Positions 1 through 10,720 of a stretch of 20,550 bases of DNA are shown here, piece by piece. Made by a program: the position numbers and the translations under genes. Position 1 is the stretch's first letter. Each line of letters starts with the position of its first letter. The notes under the pieces are model-generated. The model made no database searches and had not been told where the DNA came from. It was given only the letters and a program-made list of their open reading frames with translations. This DNA comes from Psammoneis japonica (taxonomy: Eukaryota), in the NCBI GenBank assembly GCA_008632985.1, contig QPGO01000099.1:289679-310228 (forward strand). Reading direction: 5' to 3'.

Positions 1-4
1 TGCT

Positions 5-751
5 TTAGTCATCAATGTCAAGCCATCGTGGGCGAAGTTGACCATGCGGTTCTGAAGCTGCACCACAACTGCTTTGTAATGTGAAAGAGTATTGTGGCAG
101 TACCCCTTGTGTTTCCGAAATCAAAGTTGTGCAAGACAAACCGAGTGACTCTGGATGTAGCCAATCGTCGTCATCCTCCTCTTCATTCGACAGGGGGACA
201 TTATACAAGCATTCTTCGGAAGCTCTGGCAGCAATTTCATCAACCGCCGCCAACTGTTTGGCAATGGCTTTAGAATTCTTGGAAATTACCATGGAAGCTA
301 GCATTAACTCTGCCGGATCGTGAATACCTTGCTTTCGTTGGCTCTCTTGCTCATCCAACACAAATCGAATAGCTACCTTTCGTGTCTCTGAACCGCTGTA
401 GTGAATAAATCTCTCTAACCCACGTATACAGAAGCTGTTGTAGTCCAGTGTATTCTCTCGTGCGCTCTGTATAATGTCTCGGCATTCCTGGTGGAAGAAC
501 GCGTAATCTTGACGAGAATAGCACGTCCTGATGATATCTTCCGGCGTTTTCCTGTCGACAATGTGTGTCTCGTAGGGACCGTCCGCAAATCGAACAACCT
601 TGTACGAAGGACCGTCGGATAAGAAATCTATCTGTCTTGGAGGCATGCTTTGATAGAAATGGAAAGGCTTTGGGATAATGGCGAGTCGATTCTGCCGTTG
701 GGTGACAATTATGGTGTTGTGATGGTTAGTTGTGTGCTCGATGCTCGACAT
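5..751 (-). CDS. Diatom-type uncharacterised protein of the 'VxF...Y...RGLE...VLxEQxxQ...DP' family (start ATG at 751, or the shorter one at 646)
   Basis: Open frame contains VVRFADGP, CYSRQDY, CIRGLERF, VLDEQESQRKQGIHDP and AKQLAAVDE, the same motif order as the ORF at 2832-3479. The track start at 841 is GTG, so the first ATGs (751, 646) were used. Confidence 0.75.
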   Translation of the reverse strand: MSSIEHTTNHHNTIIVTQRQNRLAIIPKPFHFYQSMPPRQIDFLSDGPSYKVVRFADGPYETHIVDRKTPEDIIRTCYSRQDYAFFHQECRDIIQSARENTLDYNSFCIRGLERFIHYSGSETRKVAIRFVLDEQESQRKQGIHDPAELMLASMVISKNSKAIAKQLAAVDEIAARASEECLYNVPLSNEEEDDDDWLHPESLGLSCTTLISETQGVLPQYSFTLQSSCGAASEPHGQLRPRWLDIDD

Positions 752-925
752 AAGTACTCGTAAGCGTTTCCCGTTTCCCGGGTCTTTTGAAATTTTGCTG
801 TTCGCGGGCGTGTCCGTTGGAGACTCCGTTTTGCATACCACTTGTCCTCATACTCGTATGATATATTTTTCTGATTGCGGATGGTCGCGACTCCAAACAA
901 GACTGACAACGCGTTTTTTGTTCGC

Positions 926-941
926 GGTTAGGGTTAGGGTT
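926..941 (+). repeat. Short interstitial telomere-like (TTAGGG)n motif
   Basis: GGTTAGGGTTAGGGTT read directly, upstream of the minus-strand gene at 5-751. Confidence 0.6.
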
Positions 942-1489
942 GAGAGCGAAATGCACTCGCAATAGACTAACTCAACCATGCGGCATGAGGAATAGGAAAT
1001 CTTGCTCCACGAAGCGGAGGCCCTCGCATCATTGCAATCGATTGAAGTGTTTGTACAATTCGTGATAGAGTGCAGCGGTGCGTACGAAGGATGGGATTAG
1101 AGCTGGGGCTTATCGACTTGAAAGAGTGGGTTCTTGGATATGGAGACAGCAAAACGAAATAATTGCAAGAGCCATTATGTGTAGACCGTTAAAGTAGTAA
1201 GGGGATAGGCATTGTTAATGGTTTGAATGGCTTCCACTCTGCTACCAGCGGCGCCAGAAAGGCGGATTCAGCCTAGCCAGCATGGGTGCGAAATGCTCGG
1301 TCTCTACTCCTAGCTAGAGAGTAGATGTGACGCAACATTCAAACACGCAACACGCACTTCGACGCGCGCAGTGCAGAGCGATTGCCTATTCTATCATCGA
1401 CGGTCGATGATCGACGATGATTATTCTGACGTGACAGTCGTTAGCCCTGCAATCGAATACTCGTAAACGAGACTGATTCTGTTCGAATA

Positions 1490-2166
1490 ATGGCTGTTAT
1501 GTGGCGCTTGTTGCGTCTTTTTGGTCGCGGATCATTACTTCTTCTCGCAAGCCACTGCTGTGTTGCCCATGGGCTCGCTCCTCCCCAGATTTCTGTCAGG
1601 AAAGCTTCCTCCATGCTAGATGTAATGAAGCTTGCGGATTTACGTTACGATGAATGGATTTCAGGCAAGTTTGACACGAGCCGCGATGCGTTTCGGGCAG
1701 CGACCGCTGAACTCGTTGAGGAACGAAAAGCTGATGCTACGGTGTTTCTGGCTGAGCTGGGAAGGGTAACCGTGGGTGCTGCTGAACTCAGTGCATTGGA
1801 GCTACAAGGGGCCCTAGCATCAAAAAACTTGGCGCTCTATGTAACGGATGTCGTGACGGCTCAAGAGCATCGTCGCAAAGGCGTTGCTCGAGCCCTTATG
1901 GATGCCATGGAGAAAAATGCCAGTCAGCAAGGTGTGAAGTACTTGCTTTTGCACGTGGAGGATACAAACGTCGCGGCGCAGCGCTTTTACGAAAAGGCCG
2001 GTTACACAGTAGATATGCCATCTAAGCTGAAATTGCTGGACAACGACAAACTTGCTGAAAATTCAGGAACGCAGGGCAGGTGCTGTTGAACAAGAAAATG
2101 CAACCAGCAAAAGCTACAAAAGGTGGTCGAGCGGCTGGAGGTAGGGGCTTTCAAAAGACGTCGTGA
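1490..2166 (+). CDS. GNAT-family N-acetyltransferase with N-terminal signal/transit-like peptide; apparent 1-nt frameshift near 2075
   Basis: Contains YVTDVVTAQEHRRKGVARALM (acetyl-CoA binding R-x-x-G-x-A), LLLHVEDTNVAAQRFYEKAGY and a hydrophobic N-terminus. The frame stops at 2089, but adding one base at gcagggcagg gives GTQGQVLLNKKM...GGRGFQKTS* ending at 2166. Confidence 0.85.
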
Positions 2167-2831
2167 TATACAACGACAAGTTAGGGAGACTCGTTGAAAG
2201 CTTGAAAGAAAGGGTGCTATGTGGAACGACTTTTGCAGTTTCTAGCTACACTCGCTTGTGACAAACACGATGAATTGCTGAGCTTACTCTCTCAAGACGC
2301 AGTACTGTTTGCCAGGAGACGGTGGAAGCTGCCATTCAGTCTTAGATTCGACTGATGATGCACGCATACACGCATACCTCTAGAAAGAGGTCGGAGAAGA
2401 GCAAGATGGTCATTTAGCATCCGGCAAAGATTGGCTTGGCTGCTTCAACGCATGCAGCTAAACTGCAGAGCCACCAGTTTTAGTTTTTAGTTAGAATTTT
2501 TGACAAGTTGGTAATTGTCGATGGAATTTATTTCGTTTTGCGCCATTGGTCTTGACACGCCTTATCTTCAGTTGACACGCCGTGTTACCTGTAACAGAAG
2601 GCGTGATCGGAGATAGCAAGGGACCAAAAAAATGGTGGGAAGGCCGTTCCAGTCATGTTCCTTTGATGTGCATCAAAATTTCAACCTCAAAATATATATT
2701 TCGATCTGAATATAAAGAATAAATTTTGTATTAAATAACACGATTAAATATTACCTAATTACCGTATAAAATATATCACAAGAAGACTCAACGCACATTT
2801 TGAAATCGTGGAGAAGGGATCAAGAAACGAG

Positions 2832-3479
2832 ATGCGGCAGGTTGCCACATTTCTCACCGTGTTTGTCCTTTCGACCATGCTGAAGAAAAAATCGAGGCGT
2901 TCCATCACTCCAGAGACGCCAATGATGTCTCCCAAAAAGCAGATTGATCAAGACCGTGTGGTGACAAAAGGTAGAGTGCGTTTCAGTTCGGAGTCCACTC
3001 AGCTAAAGGTGATTCCGAGGAGAACCCCGTTGGAACAGAGAGAGTGTTGGTTCACCGCACATGACTACGCGTGTATCAAGAGACGCAATCAAGCTGCTAT
3101 TAACAGTGCCAAGAAAGGGATGTTCTTTGAGACTGAGTACGAGACCATTCGGGGTCTTGAAAAATTTATTTGGTTTGCCCCCAACGAGAAGCAACAACGA
3201 CGAAAAGCTACCATTGGACGGATTCTGAGTGAACAGAAACGACAGAAAGCGCTTGGTATTAACGACCCGAGTATGATTAAGGTGTTGTCGTCCATATACT
3301 CCAACTGGGAAAAAGATAAGGCTCTTGAGCTTGCAGCGGAAGACGAAACTGGCGTGTTAGAAACCAGAGAACCGAAGTTTCCGAGTTTCGAGAAGATGGT
3401 CGTCGTCGCAAATTGTGTCGAGAATGCGATTGAGGCATTCGCGAGTAACGCATTTGAACGTCGTACTATATGGTTGTAG
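2832..3479 (+). CDS. Second member of the diatom 'VxF...W...RGLE...LxEQxxQ...DP' family
   Basis: Contains RVRFS, CWFTAHDY, TIRGLEKF, ILSEQKRQKALGINDP and ALELAAEDE. First ATG is at 2832; the track start at 2808 is GTG. Confidence 0.8.
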   Translation: MRQVATFLTVFVLSTMLKKKSRRSITPETPMMSPKKQIDQDRVVTKGRVRFSSESTQLKVIPRRTPLEQRECWFTAHDYACIKRRNQAAINSAKKGMFFETEYETIRGLEKFIWFAPNEKQQRRKATIGRILSEQKRQKALGINDPSMIKVLSSIYSNWEKDKALELAAEDETGVLETREPKFPSFEKMVVVANCVENAIEAFASNAFERRTIWL

Positions 3480-3623
3480 ATACAATATGCGAGGCAAGAA
3501 ACGGCGAAGAGGCCACAGAAAATATTATTCATATGTGAAAAATGTAAACTGAGAAGAACGCTCTATACTACTTGAAGATTTTGTACAGTCAAGCAGACTC
3601 TCTCGAACCGCGTCTAGTACATA

Positions 3624-5762
3624 TTAGCTATGCTGAAACGCAACAGCTGCTGCTCTAAATGGTGCAGCTTGAAGCATTGTAGTTGGTCGATCCAGCCACT
3701 TAGATTCTTTGGATGCTTCCCAGACGACGCCAAAAACTTTGGTACTGAGGTTTGTCAATCCCCTTGCTTGCAGTGAGGATAAGGTAAAAAGAAAGTTATT
3801 CGAAACAAACTCCAAGACAGTTTGACACAACGCTTCGTCATTTTCCTTGACAATCGGAGCCCAGTAGCGAAAAATATTGACGAGGAGATTCTTGAGTCGA
3901 TACACTTGGCCTTCCGTTGCAAACTCCATGGCTTGGTCCAAGAAGTCAATTTGAGCCGCCTTGGCTGCTACGTCACTGCTAGCGTCAAGTATCGGAATAG
4001 ACACAGAGTCGAGGCATTCACGAATGTATTGGACCAGTCGTACCCTCAGTCGAGTCACACTACGACTATTTGGCCTTATACCAAACACCCAACGACAAAA
4101 TGAGGATATCGCCACTGTCTGGCTTGTCGAATATAAATTGTAGGCGCCCAATTCCAAAACTTTGACAACGGCGGCAACCAAAATCTTGTCGATGACTTGT
4201 TGAAGAGGTGATGCATCCTCCGATTCGTCCTTGTCGTTGTCTGAACTTTTCAACATTTCTAACCAGTCGAGTTGTGGGTGCTGTTTCTCGCCGAAATGCA
4301 AAGGATTCAAGTCCGAGCACATTTCAACGCGGACTAGCACACCCAACAGATCGGCAAAACTAAGAGACGCAAAGCACTGCTTGTATTCATCTGGATAGTG
4401 TTGTCGCCATTCCTCAAATACGCCAAAGAGACTTGACGTCGACGTGTAATCCTCGCTCAGTTCCTCCTTTGCGACATGAAGCGCCTCTAAAAGCGCAGTC
4501 CGTCGCTCTTCCTGGTCCTTTTCTTCATTCGAAGAGAAACCATTACTCGAGTAGTAGTCTTCCAGTGAGAAGCTCTCGTCCGTTTGTTGCTTTTCCCATT
4601 CTTGTCGACTCTGGCGTCGCTGTCGTGCGCGCTGTTCTCGTTGCAGCGCTTGTTGTGATTTGACATCTCTACCGAATTCATCGACTTGCGTCGCCACTTC
4701 TCGCGCTGGTATTTCTACTTGTTTTCCCAATACGCGGTCCAGTAACTGTGCCTCGGATAACGTCGCAATGACATCTGCCTGCCATTCTTGCAAGTGCTGC
4801 GGAGAAGAGATTTCGGTTTCGAGTTCCAACAAAGCTTGCTGCACCGGCTGTACTTTGGATTGCAGTTCTCGTAAGGCCCCTACCCACGACGCTAGTGTCA
4901 GACGGAGCTGCTGATAATACTCCAATGCCTTACCACTCTTGTCGAGTTCTTGTTCGTGTCGTTGTAATTCTGACCTTGTCTGCTGCAATTCCACCATGCG
5001 AACATCGTGAGCTTGTTTTATATCGTCCTGTTGGTTTCTCAAGTGACCCAGCGTCGATTCTACTTGTTGTTTCAATTGACTGAGCTTGTTCGAGGCGTCA
5101 TCGTTTGTGTTTGGTATGGCTTTGGAAGGTAGAATTCCTGCACGACGAGCAACTTGCGCCTCCCAATCTTGCGCTTCAGCATTACTATCGTCGGCAGCAA
5201 GAAAGGTTTGCTGCGGTTCCAATTCCATTTGCTCATGACTTTCATTCTGGTCAAAATTAATCGCCTCTTCTCCTGCCAGAATGACTGGCTCTGTCTCTTT
5301 AGCGGTGGAGAGAGGTATGTACGAAGGGAGAGACGTGCCTCCATCAGCTTCTACGTCTCGCGTCTCGGTACGTTGCTCCTCCGCTTCGTTCTTCTTTTCA
5401 ATCTTTTTCTTTTTGAAACGTTGCTGCGACTTGAGCTTCTCCATCGCTTCCTTTCCATACATGTCAGATTCGACGGCTTCGACGGTTTCCTCTTCAGCTT
5501 CAACAGTTATTTGTGCTCCGCCATAGCCCATACCGCCTCCTTTTCTCTTTTTCTTTTTCGTGGGTTCTTCTGTATCCAACTCGAACGAAATTTTGGAGGG
5601 AACTTTGGCTTTCTTTCGCCCTGATTTTTTGCTCTTTTGGACAGGACGCTTTACCACTACGATTTCATCTTCGGAAGACGACGCACCATCTTTATCATCA
5701 CCACTACTAGTTGACGTCGTCACGACTTTCTTCTTTTTCGGTCGTTTTGTGGGTCGAAACAT
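3624..5762 (-). CDS. GC-rich sequence DNA-binding factor-like (GCFC2/PAXBP1 family) spliceosome-associated protein, 712 aa
   Basis: Uninterrupted ORF from ATG 5762 with a Lys/acidic N-terminus including KISF, then WEAQV, a coiled coil, VDEFGRD and FEEWRQHYPDEYKQCFASLS. These resemble GCFC-domain proteins. Confidence 0.8.
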   Translation of the reverse strand: MFRPTKRPKKKKVVTTSTSSGDDKDGASSSEDEIVVVKRPVQKSKKSGRKKAKVPSKISFELDTEEPTKKKKRKGGGMGYGGAQITVEAEEETVEAVESDMYGKEAMEKLKSQQRFKKKKIEKKNEAEEQRTETRDVEADGGTSLPSYIPLSTAKETEPVILAGEEAINFDQNESHEQMELEPQQTFLAADDSNAEAQDWEAQVARRAGILPSKAIPNTNDDASNKLSQLKQQVESTLGHLRNQQDDIKQAHDVRMVELQQTRSELQRHEQELDKSGKALEYYQQLRLTLASWVGALRELQSKVQPVQQALLELETEISSPQHLQEWQADVIATLSEAQLLDRVLGKQVEIPAREVATQVDEFGRDVKSQQALQREQRARQRRQSRQEWEKQQTDESFSLEDYYSSNGFSSNEEKDQEERRTALLEALHVAKEELSEDYTSTSSLFGVFEEWRQHYPDEYKQCFASLSFADLLGVLVRVEMCSDLNPLHFGEKQHPQLDWLEMLKSSDNDKDESEDASPLQQVIDKILVAAVVKVLELGAYNLYSTSQTVAISSFCRWVFGIRPNSRSVTRLRVRLVQYIRECLDSVSIPILDASSDVAAKAAQIDFLDQAMEFATEGQVYRLKNLLVNIFRYWAPIVKENDEALCQTVLEFVSNNFLFTLSSLQARGLTNLSTKVFGVVWEASKESKWLDRPTTMLQAAPFRAAAVAFQHS

Positions 5763-7251
5763 GCTGATTCGGTACAAATTCTTCTTCACCTAAATAATCA
5801 CGAGAAGCATAGCTCAGTTTTTATTCACACAGACAACATGAAGCGAAGGATCATTGTGTATGTTGCGGGTTGCGGGCGGGTTTCAGGTTATGCGGTATCG
5901 TCTGCGGTGTGCTGCTAATTCTGGAGCTCGGACCTCGACAAAGAAGACGTCATCGGTCATCGGCGGCAGTTTTTTTTTTGCTACCGTAGAGCCTACGGCG
6001 GAATTGGTAATCCGATAGAGAGTACCAAGTTCCTACCCAAATTTTTACATACGATATAATGGTATTAATTCTACTTAGGTACACAAAAAAGATAGTGATT
6101 GAGAAATTTAGCAACGGTCACGACACAACAAATCTCCCATCTCTTCGACTTTTGCGCTCTCTCACAACTCGTCGTCTGCACGATGTGTTGTTGTTTGCCA
6201 AGCCTGAATGCCGTTATCGCCAAGGATGGCTCGCCCTTCCTCTGGATTGAGACCTTGCATTTGTTTGGCATTCCACAACTCATTTTGCTTGATGGCGTGT
6301 TGTCTCTAGGTGGCGTAGGTGTTGCCAGTTAAGTCCAGAGGTCGGGGCAAATCGAATGCGTCTCTCCGGCCTTGAGTCCATGTCACTCTCGTGTCTTTGA
6401 GCGTAGGAAGTTGCCTGTTCGCTTGACCCGTCAGGTCACGGCTGTTGAAACAGACAGCGGCGTTCGTCTGCGAAGCAGCAAAAGCTCGCCGAGCAGATCA
6501 TACTGTTGACGGAACACAGGTTTGGGGTTCTGTCGTATCAGTGGCATGATACGGTAAGTCTTCACTCGTAGGGAGTGTTGATTTAGAACGCGGTTGACTC
6601 GCAAGTTTTCTTGTTGTCTCCGTAGTACGTCCCCCCTTTTACTTTTTTTTTGTGATATTTTGTCACTCTGAAGATACGTAAAAGCTTGAGCGCTATCTTT
6701 TGATGACGCTCTTGAGGCAATGTTACCCTACGCTACCAATTTATATCAACTTTTGATATTGGTGTGTCTCAAATATTTGAAACACGCTTTGAACCTTTAC
6801 AGTAGATGTAGAAATACTTAAAGTACGACATAGCAATCTTTATTGGCGTGTTATTCATTCCGTGCGTACGTCAATGTGGACTGCGATGGCGGTCGTAGCG
6901 CTTGCAATGTCATCGCACACTTTAAACATGGGGTCCGCGACGGGGCATTCGTTACAGCGTGTTGTCGTTGATATGTGCTGGACTATTTCGGCGCTGATCG
7001 CCTGCATATTTTTATCGATTCGTCGTATTCACTTGTTGTTCGGGAGGAACAGAAGAATGCCGACTCTATGGATTCCGCTTGATCCTGTCAATGCACTTCT
7101 GTTTAAAATTCAAGCACAAAAACCAGAGGAAGCAGCGCAGAGCTACACATTACAAAGTCCATTAAAGATCAATTATGAAACAAATATACAGTAATATGAA
7201 GGAAAGTAGAAGCTGAACCGATCCTCCTTGAGCTGTCCATCCTTTTGTCGC

Positions 7252-10200
7252 TTAAACAAGGGGAGTCGTCTCAGTTTCTACTTCATTCTGCTGAGCATAT
7301 GCCACCTTGATATCTACAACGTTCATACAACCTGGCCATACCTCTCTCCACGCAGCTCTCATTTCGTGGCTTAGTTCAGGATGGTACCTTTCGAATTCCA
7401 CCGGGCTTCCCGCAAAACAAACGAGAACGGCATTGACCGAGCTACTAATGATTCCAAACAGGACACTGGTCAATACCAGCCCGACAAGCACGCCAATTCT
7501 ATCGTGTGCGATACAAATAAGAAATGAGCAAGGAAACAAACAAGGCAAACGAGCTTCCACTGGAAATTAGAACTTACGCAAACGCCTTTGCCGTCGCTCC
7601 CTGCAAAGCTTCTCTGTCGCCATTGATAAAGTTAAATCCTTCCAAATCTTCCACCAAAGACCCAAAGACCCCGGTGCAGCCTCCAATTACCAGACTAACC
7701 ATGAGTAAAATGTTTGGGATCAAGTCGTCCGCCACAATCTGCGCCCAGCCTCGCTTCTCAAATAGCTTCGTGGCATGGTGACCGGCATCAAGCAAGCTAT
7801 ATCCATACAATCCAACATAGGTAAAAGCAACGGATTAAAATATGCCGCCAAATTGTCCGCCACGGAAGCAATGCAATTTTGAATACACGACAGGCACTCG
7901 TGCAAGCACATGAGAGCCGTGTCGTCCACTTGGTTGGGACGGAAAAAGAGCGAAAACTGACGAATGAGACGGACGGGTCCGACAAGAAGGCTTCCAAAGC
8001 AAATGGATCCAAAGTACAAGGAAATTGAATACAAGACATTCCTTGTAGGAGTTCCGTCGCAAAATCGAGCATGTTCCTTAAACCACCAACAACCAATCGT
8101 CCCGGCCACCGAAACTTGGACAATATTCTGAACAGCAAACCGTGAAAATAGAGGATTAGATGAATCGAAACTCCGTACTGAGACACAACAATCGTAAACA
8201 ATATTCTTACCAATAGCACATGAAATGTCCAATAGTAAGAAATGGCAAGCATGGTGTACAGAAATATTGTAGCCTGTTTACCAATGACAAGATCGCCAGT
8301 TTCAATGGCGTCGTATACACCCACAACAACAAAGGTGTAGTAAATGGACCAACCCAACGCCAATCCTTGAAAGAAAAATGAAATTAACACGGTTCCAAAG
8401 TTTTCTCGGATAGCACTGAGCGCCGTCAGCAGATTCGCCGTGGCAAAGGGGATACGGTCCCAAACGACAAAGGTATAACCAACACTCAGTGCAAGGGCAA
8501 TGATTCCGGTAATGGGAACAATATTCTTTGGGCTCAGACCAATCCCAATGGTTCCCCAGCAAAAGCTCAAACCAATCGTCAGAATGAGCGCCACTTGAAC
8601 CACACGACGAGCAAACACTGCCATGAGCCACAAGACGAGCGACGACACGGCAATTGCAAAGGCCCCGCAGAGACAAGCCACATAAATGACATTTGCATAA
8701 GCCACCGTCACGTGTAAAGGATCATCGTCGTCATCAATTGAACCGTTCCTTCTGCTAAACGCGTCGGGACCATACATGGAACCCAAGTACACCATGCCAA
8801 TCAAGTGCAAGACAAACAAGACTGCAAACAAGACATCCCTGCAAGCCTTGGGCTGTTGCGTACCCTTGGATTCTTCCATGTAGATTTGTGCCGACTGCTG
8901 TCGCATATTCATCTTTCGGATGGATTGCGCCGATCGCTTGTGCCTACCGGACGATGATGATTCCTTGTTGGCTTGAATCAAGTCCTCAGGGACACCACCA
9001 CCCTCTTCCACAAAGTGCCCCAAGCTACGGGGTGTGTGAGGAGAAAACGTCACACCACGAGGATCCTCACCACCGCCGGGATACGATGACGGACCACTAT
9101 TACTTCCTTTGCGAAGGACCGATGCCGGAGGAGGAGTCATGGTTGCCGGAGACAAGCCCGGCGGAATGCCCATGGTTGTGTGAGGCGAAACCTGTTGGTA
9201 GGTTTGTACAGGAGACTGTGGGGGTGTCCTTCGGCTCCCACTTGTTGGTCGCTGCGGCGAAAAGGCATTGGCCAACGACATGATTTCGCCGCGAGGAGAA
9301 AACTGACTGCGAGGAGAATATTGCTGTCGAGGGGAGCTCTTTTCGGGAGTAATTCCGGCGGATGTTGGAGGCGGAACTGGCTGCTGCATGGAGCCGTACT
9401 GCTGCTGGATTTGTCCTGAAGCAGAAGAGGATCGTACCCGGTTGCTAGAGAACTGTTGGTTGCGGATACGACGAGAACCACCATTCTCCATAGGTGATGC
9501 GTCTACGGCCATCCCATCTTGATTTAAAATAGGAATGAGGGGATTGCCCGCAGGAGAAAGGGCGGGTGACTGACCATTCCAATATCCTACCATATCTGGA
9601 ACCGGTACGTTGGGATCACTCTGAACACGGTGATGCCCACGCATACGTTGGTGCGCTGGTGGACTCTGATACATTACCTGCTGCTGCTGTTGCTGCTGCT
9701 GTTGCTGCTGCTGTAACATATACTCCTGATACGTGGCTGGAGGATACAGTTGAGGAGGGATGGGGTAGCGCTGCTGCATCTGTTGCGCATAATATGGATC
9801 TTCCTGAGGATGTCCGTAGTAACGATAATCTTCACTGGTCGTTCGTCGATGGTGGTGATGGTGGCGCCGAGAATGATGACGTTCGCTTACTGCTTTCTTC
9901 CCAAACTCATTAGAAGCATACTGCTCTTCTTCCGTCAGCATGGGGCCCAAGTCTGAATTTGCTTTCTTACGCCTCCTCCTTCGCTCTGATTTACTAGACG
10001 TTCTGGTTGAGCCTCTGGAGTCGACCGCAGCAACTGGAGGCCGCGCCGTAGCAGAGGGCCCAATGGTTTCCAGAATGGATGGCTGCTGCAGAGCTGTTGA
10101 TGGTTCTACGAGTGGCTTGGTAGGCGGATCCTCGCCTGCTGTGTCTTCACGGTTGTCAGTTTGCGGTGTTGCGGTCGAAGTTGACGCCGGCGAGCCAATG

Positions 10201-10280
10201 TTGTTCTGCGTCATGGTTGTTGCCTCGGGGAAAAGTTGCCGAGGCCCGGCGTCTTCTACCGCCACTCCTCCAGCCATCAT
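7252..10280 (-). CDS. Choline transporter-like (CTL/SLC44/Pns1) membrane protein with long low-complexity N-terminus. Exons 10280-8211, 8127-7578 and 7498-7252; apparent 1-nt frameshift at ~7830
   Basis: Contains CRDVLFAVLF, VWDRIPFATANL, YYWTFHVLL|NIVQVSVAGTIGCWWF, FGSICFGSLLV, AFTYVGLYGYS, LFEKRGW, IVADDLI and SSSVNAVLVCFA. GT-AG introns at 8210-8128 (83 nt) and 7577-7499 (79 nt) join these in frame. Confidence 0.88.
9678..9713 (-). repeat. (CAG/CAA)12 polyglutamine tract in the CTL gene N-terminus
   Basis: ctgctgctgctgttgctgctgctgttgctgctgctg on the + strand encodes Q12 on the minus strand. Confidence 0.9.
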
Positions 10281-10720
10281 GTCTCAGTCATGTGGGGTGG
10301 TGATGGCTACTACTTCGCAGTTATCACCCCCACACGACGGGATTGCCGGGAAACAACTCCGGCACGTTTGTGAATTCTTCCGCTTCATGTCGCGTCCCGC
10401 ATGCATCGTACTTGGATCGCGAGCGGAGTTTTCCCGCCAAAAATACCGGCAGACAAAATGAAATTTTCATATCGAATTTTTATTTATTTAGGACGGAGAA
10501 ACTTGACGTCGTAGTTCTTAAGTGATCTGGCGTGCTTTCCACGTGTACTTAATAAAAGAAATTTTTCGACCGTTAGATCAATGAATGATGTATTCGGATA
10601 TTAATAGATCACTTATTGGACAAACTTCCGCAAATCATTTCGGACCCACACTCGCGATCTCACTCTTCGCAGACCGGAAAGCTCACCCACCACAAAACGA
10701 CATGGCATTGACACGCGTTA

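Noticed and set aside
2551..2580. Direct repeat TTGACACGCC x2 as a CRISPR-like or mobile-element feature
   Set aside because: Only two 10-bp copies with no array structure; at most a regulatory motif.
2675..2780. AT-rich tract as a centromere or origin-like element
   Set aside because: It is only about 100 bp and directly upstream of a gene, consistent with an ordinary promoter region.
6059..7194. Short ORFs (6059-6250, 6071-6283, 6099-6332, 6862-7194) as genes
   Set aside because: They are short, some have non-ATG starts, and I see no recognisable motif or consistent exon structure.
8888..10461. Plus-strand ORFs overlapping the CTL gene, and similar antisense ORFs over the GCFC and desaturase genes
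   Set aside because: They are antisense shadows of well-supported minus-strand coding sequences.
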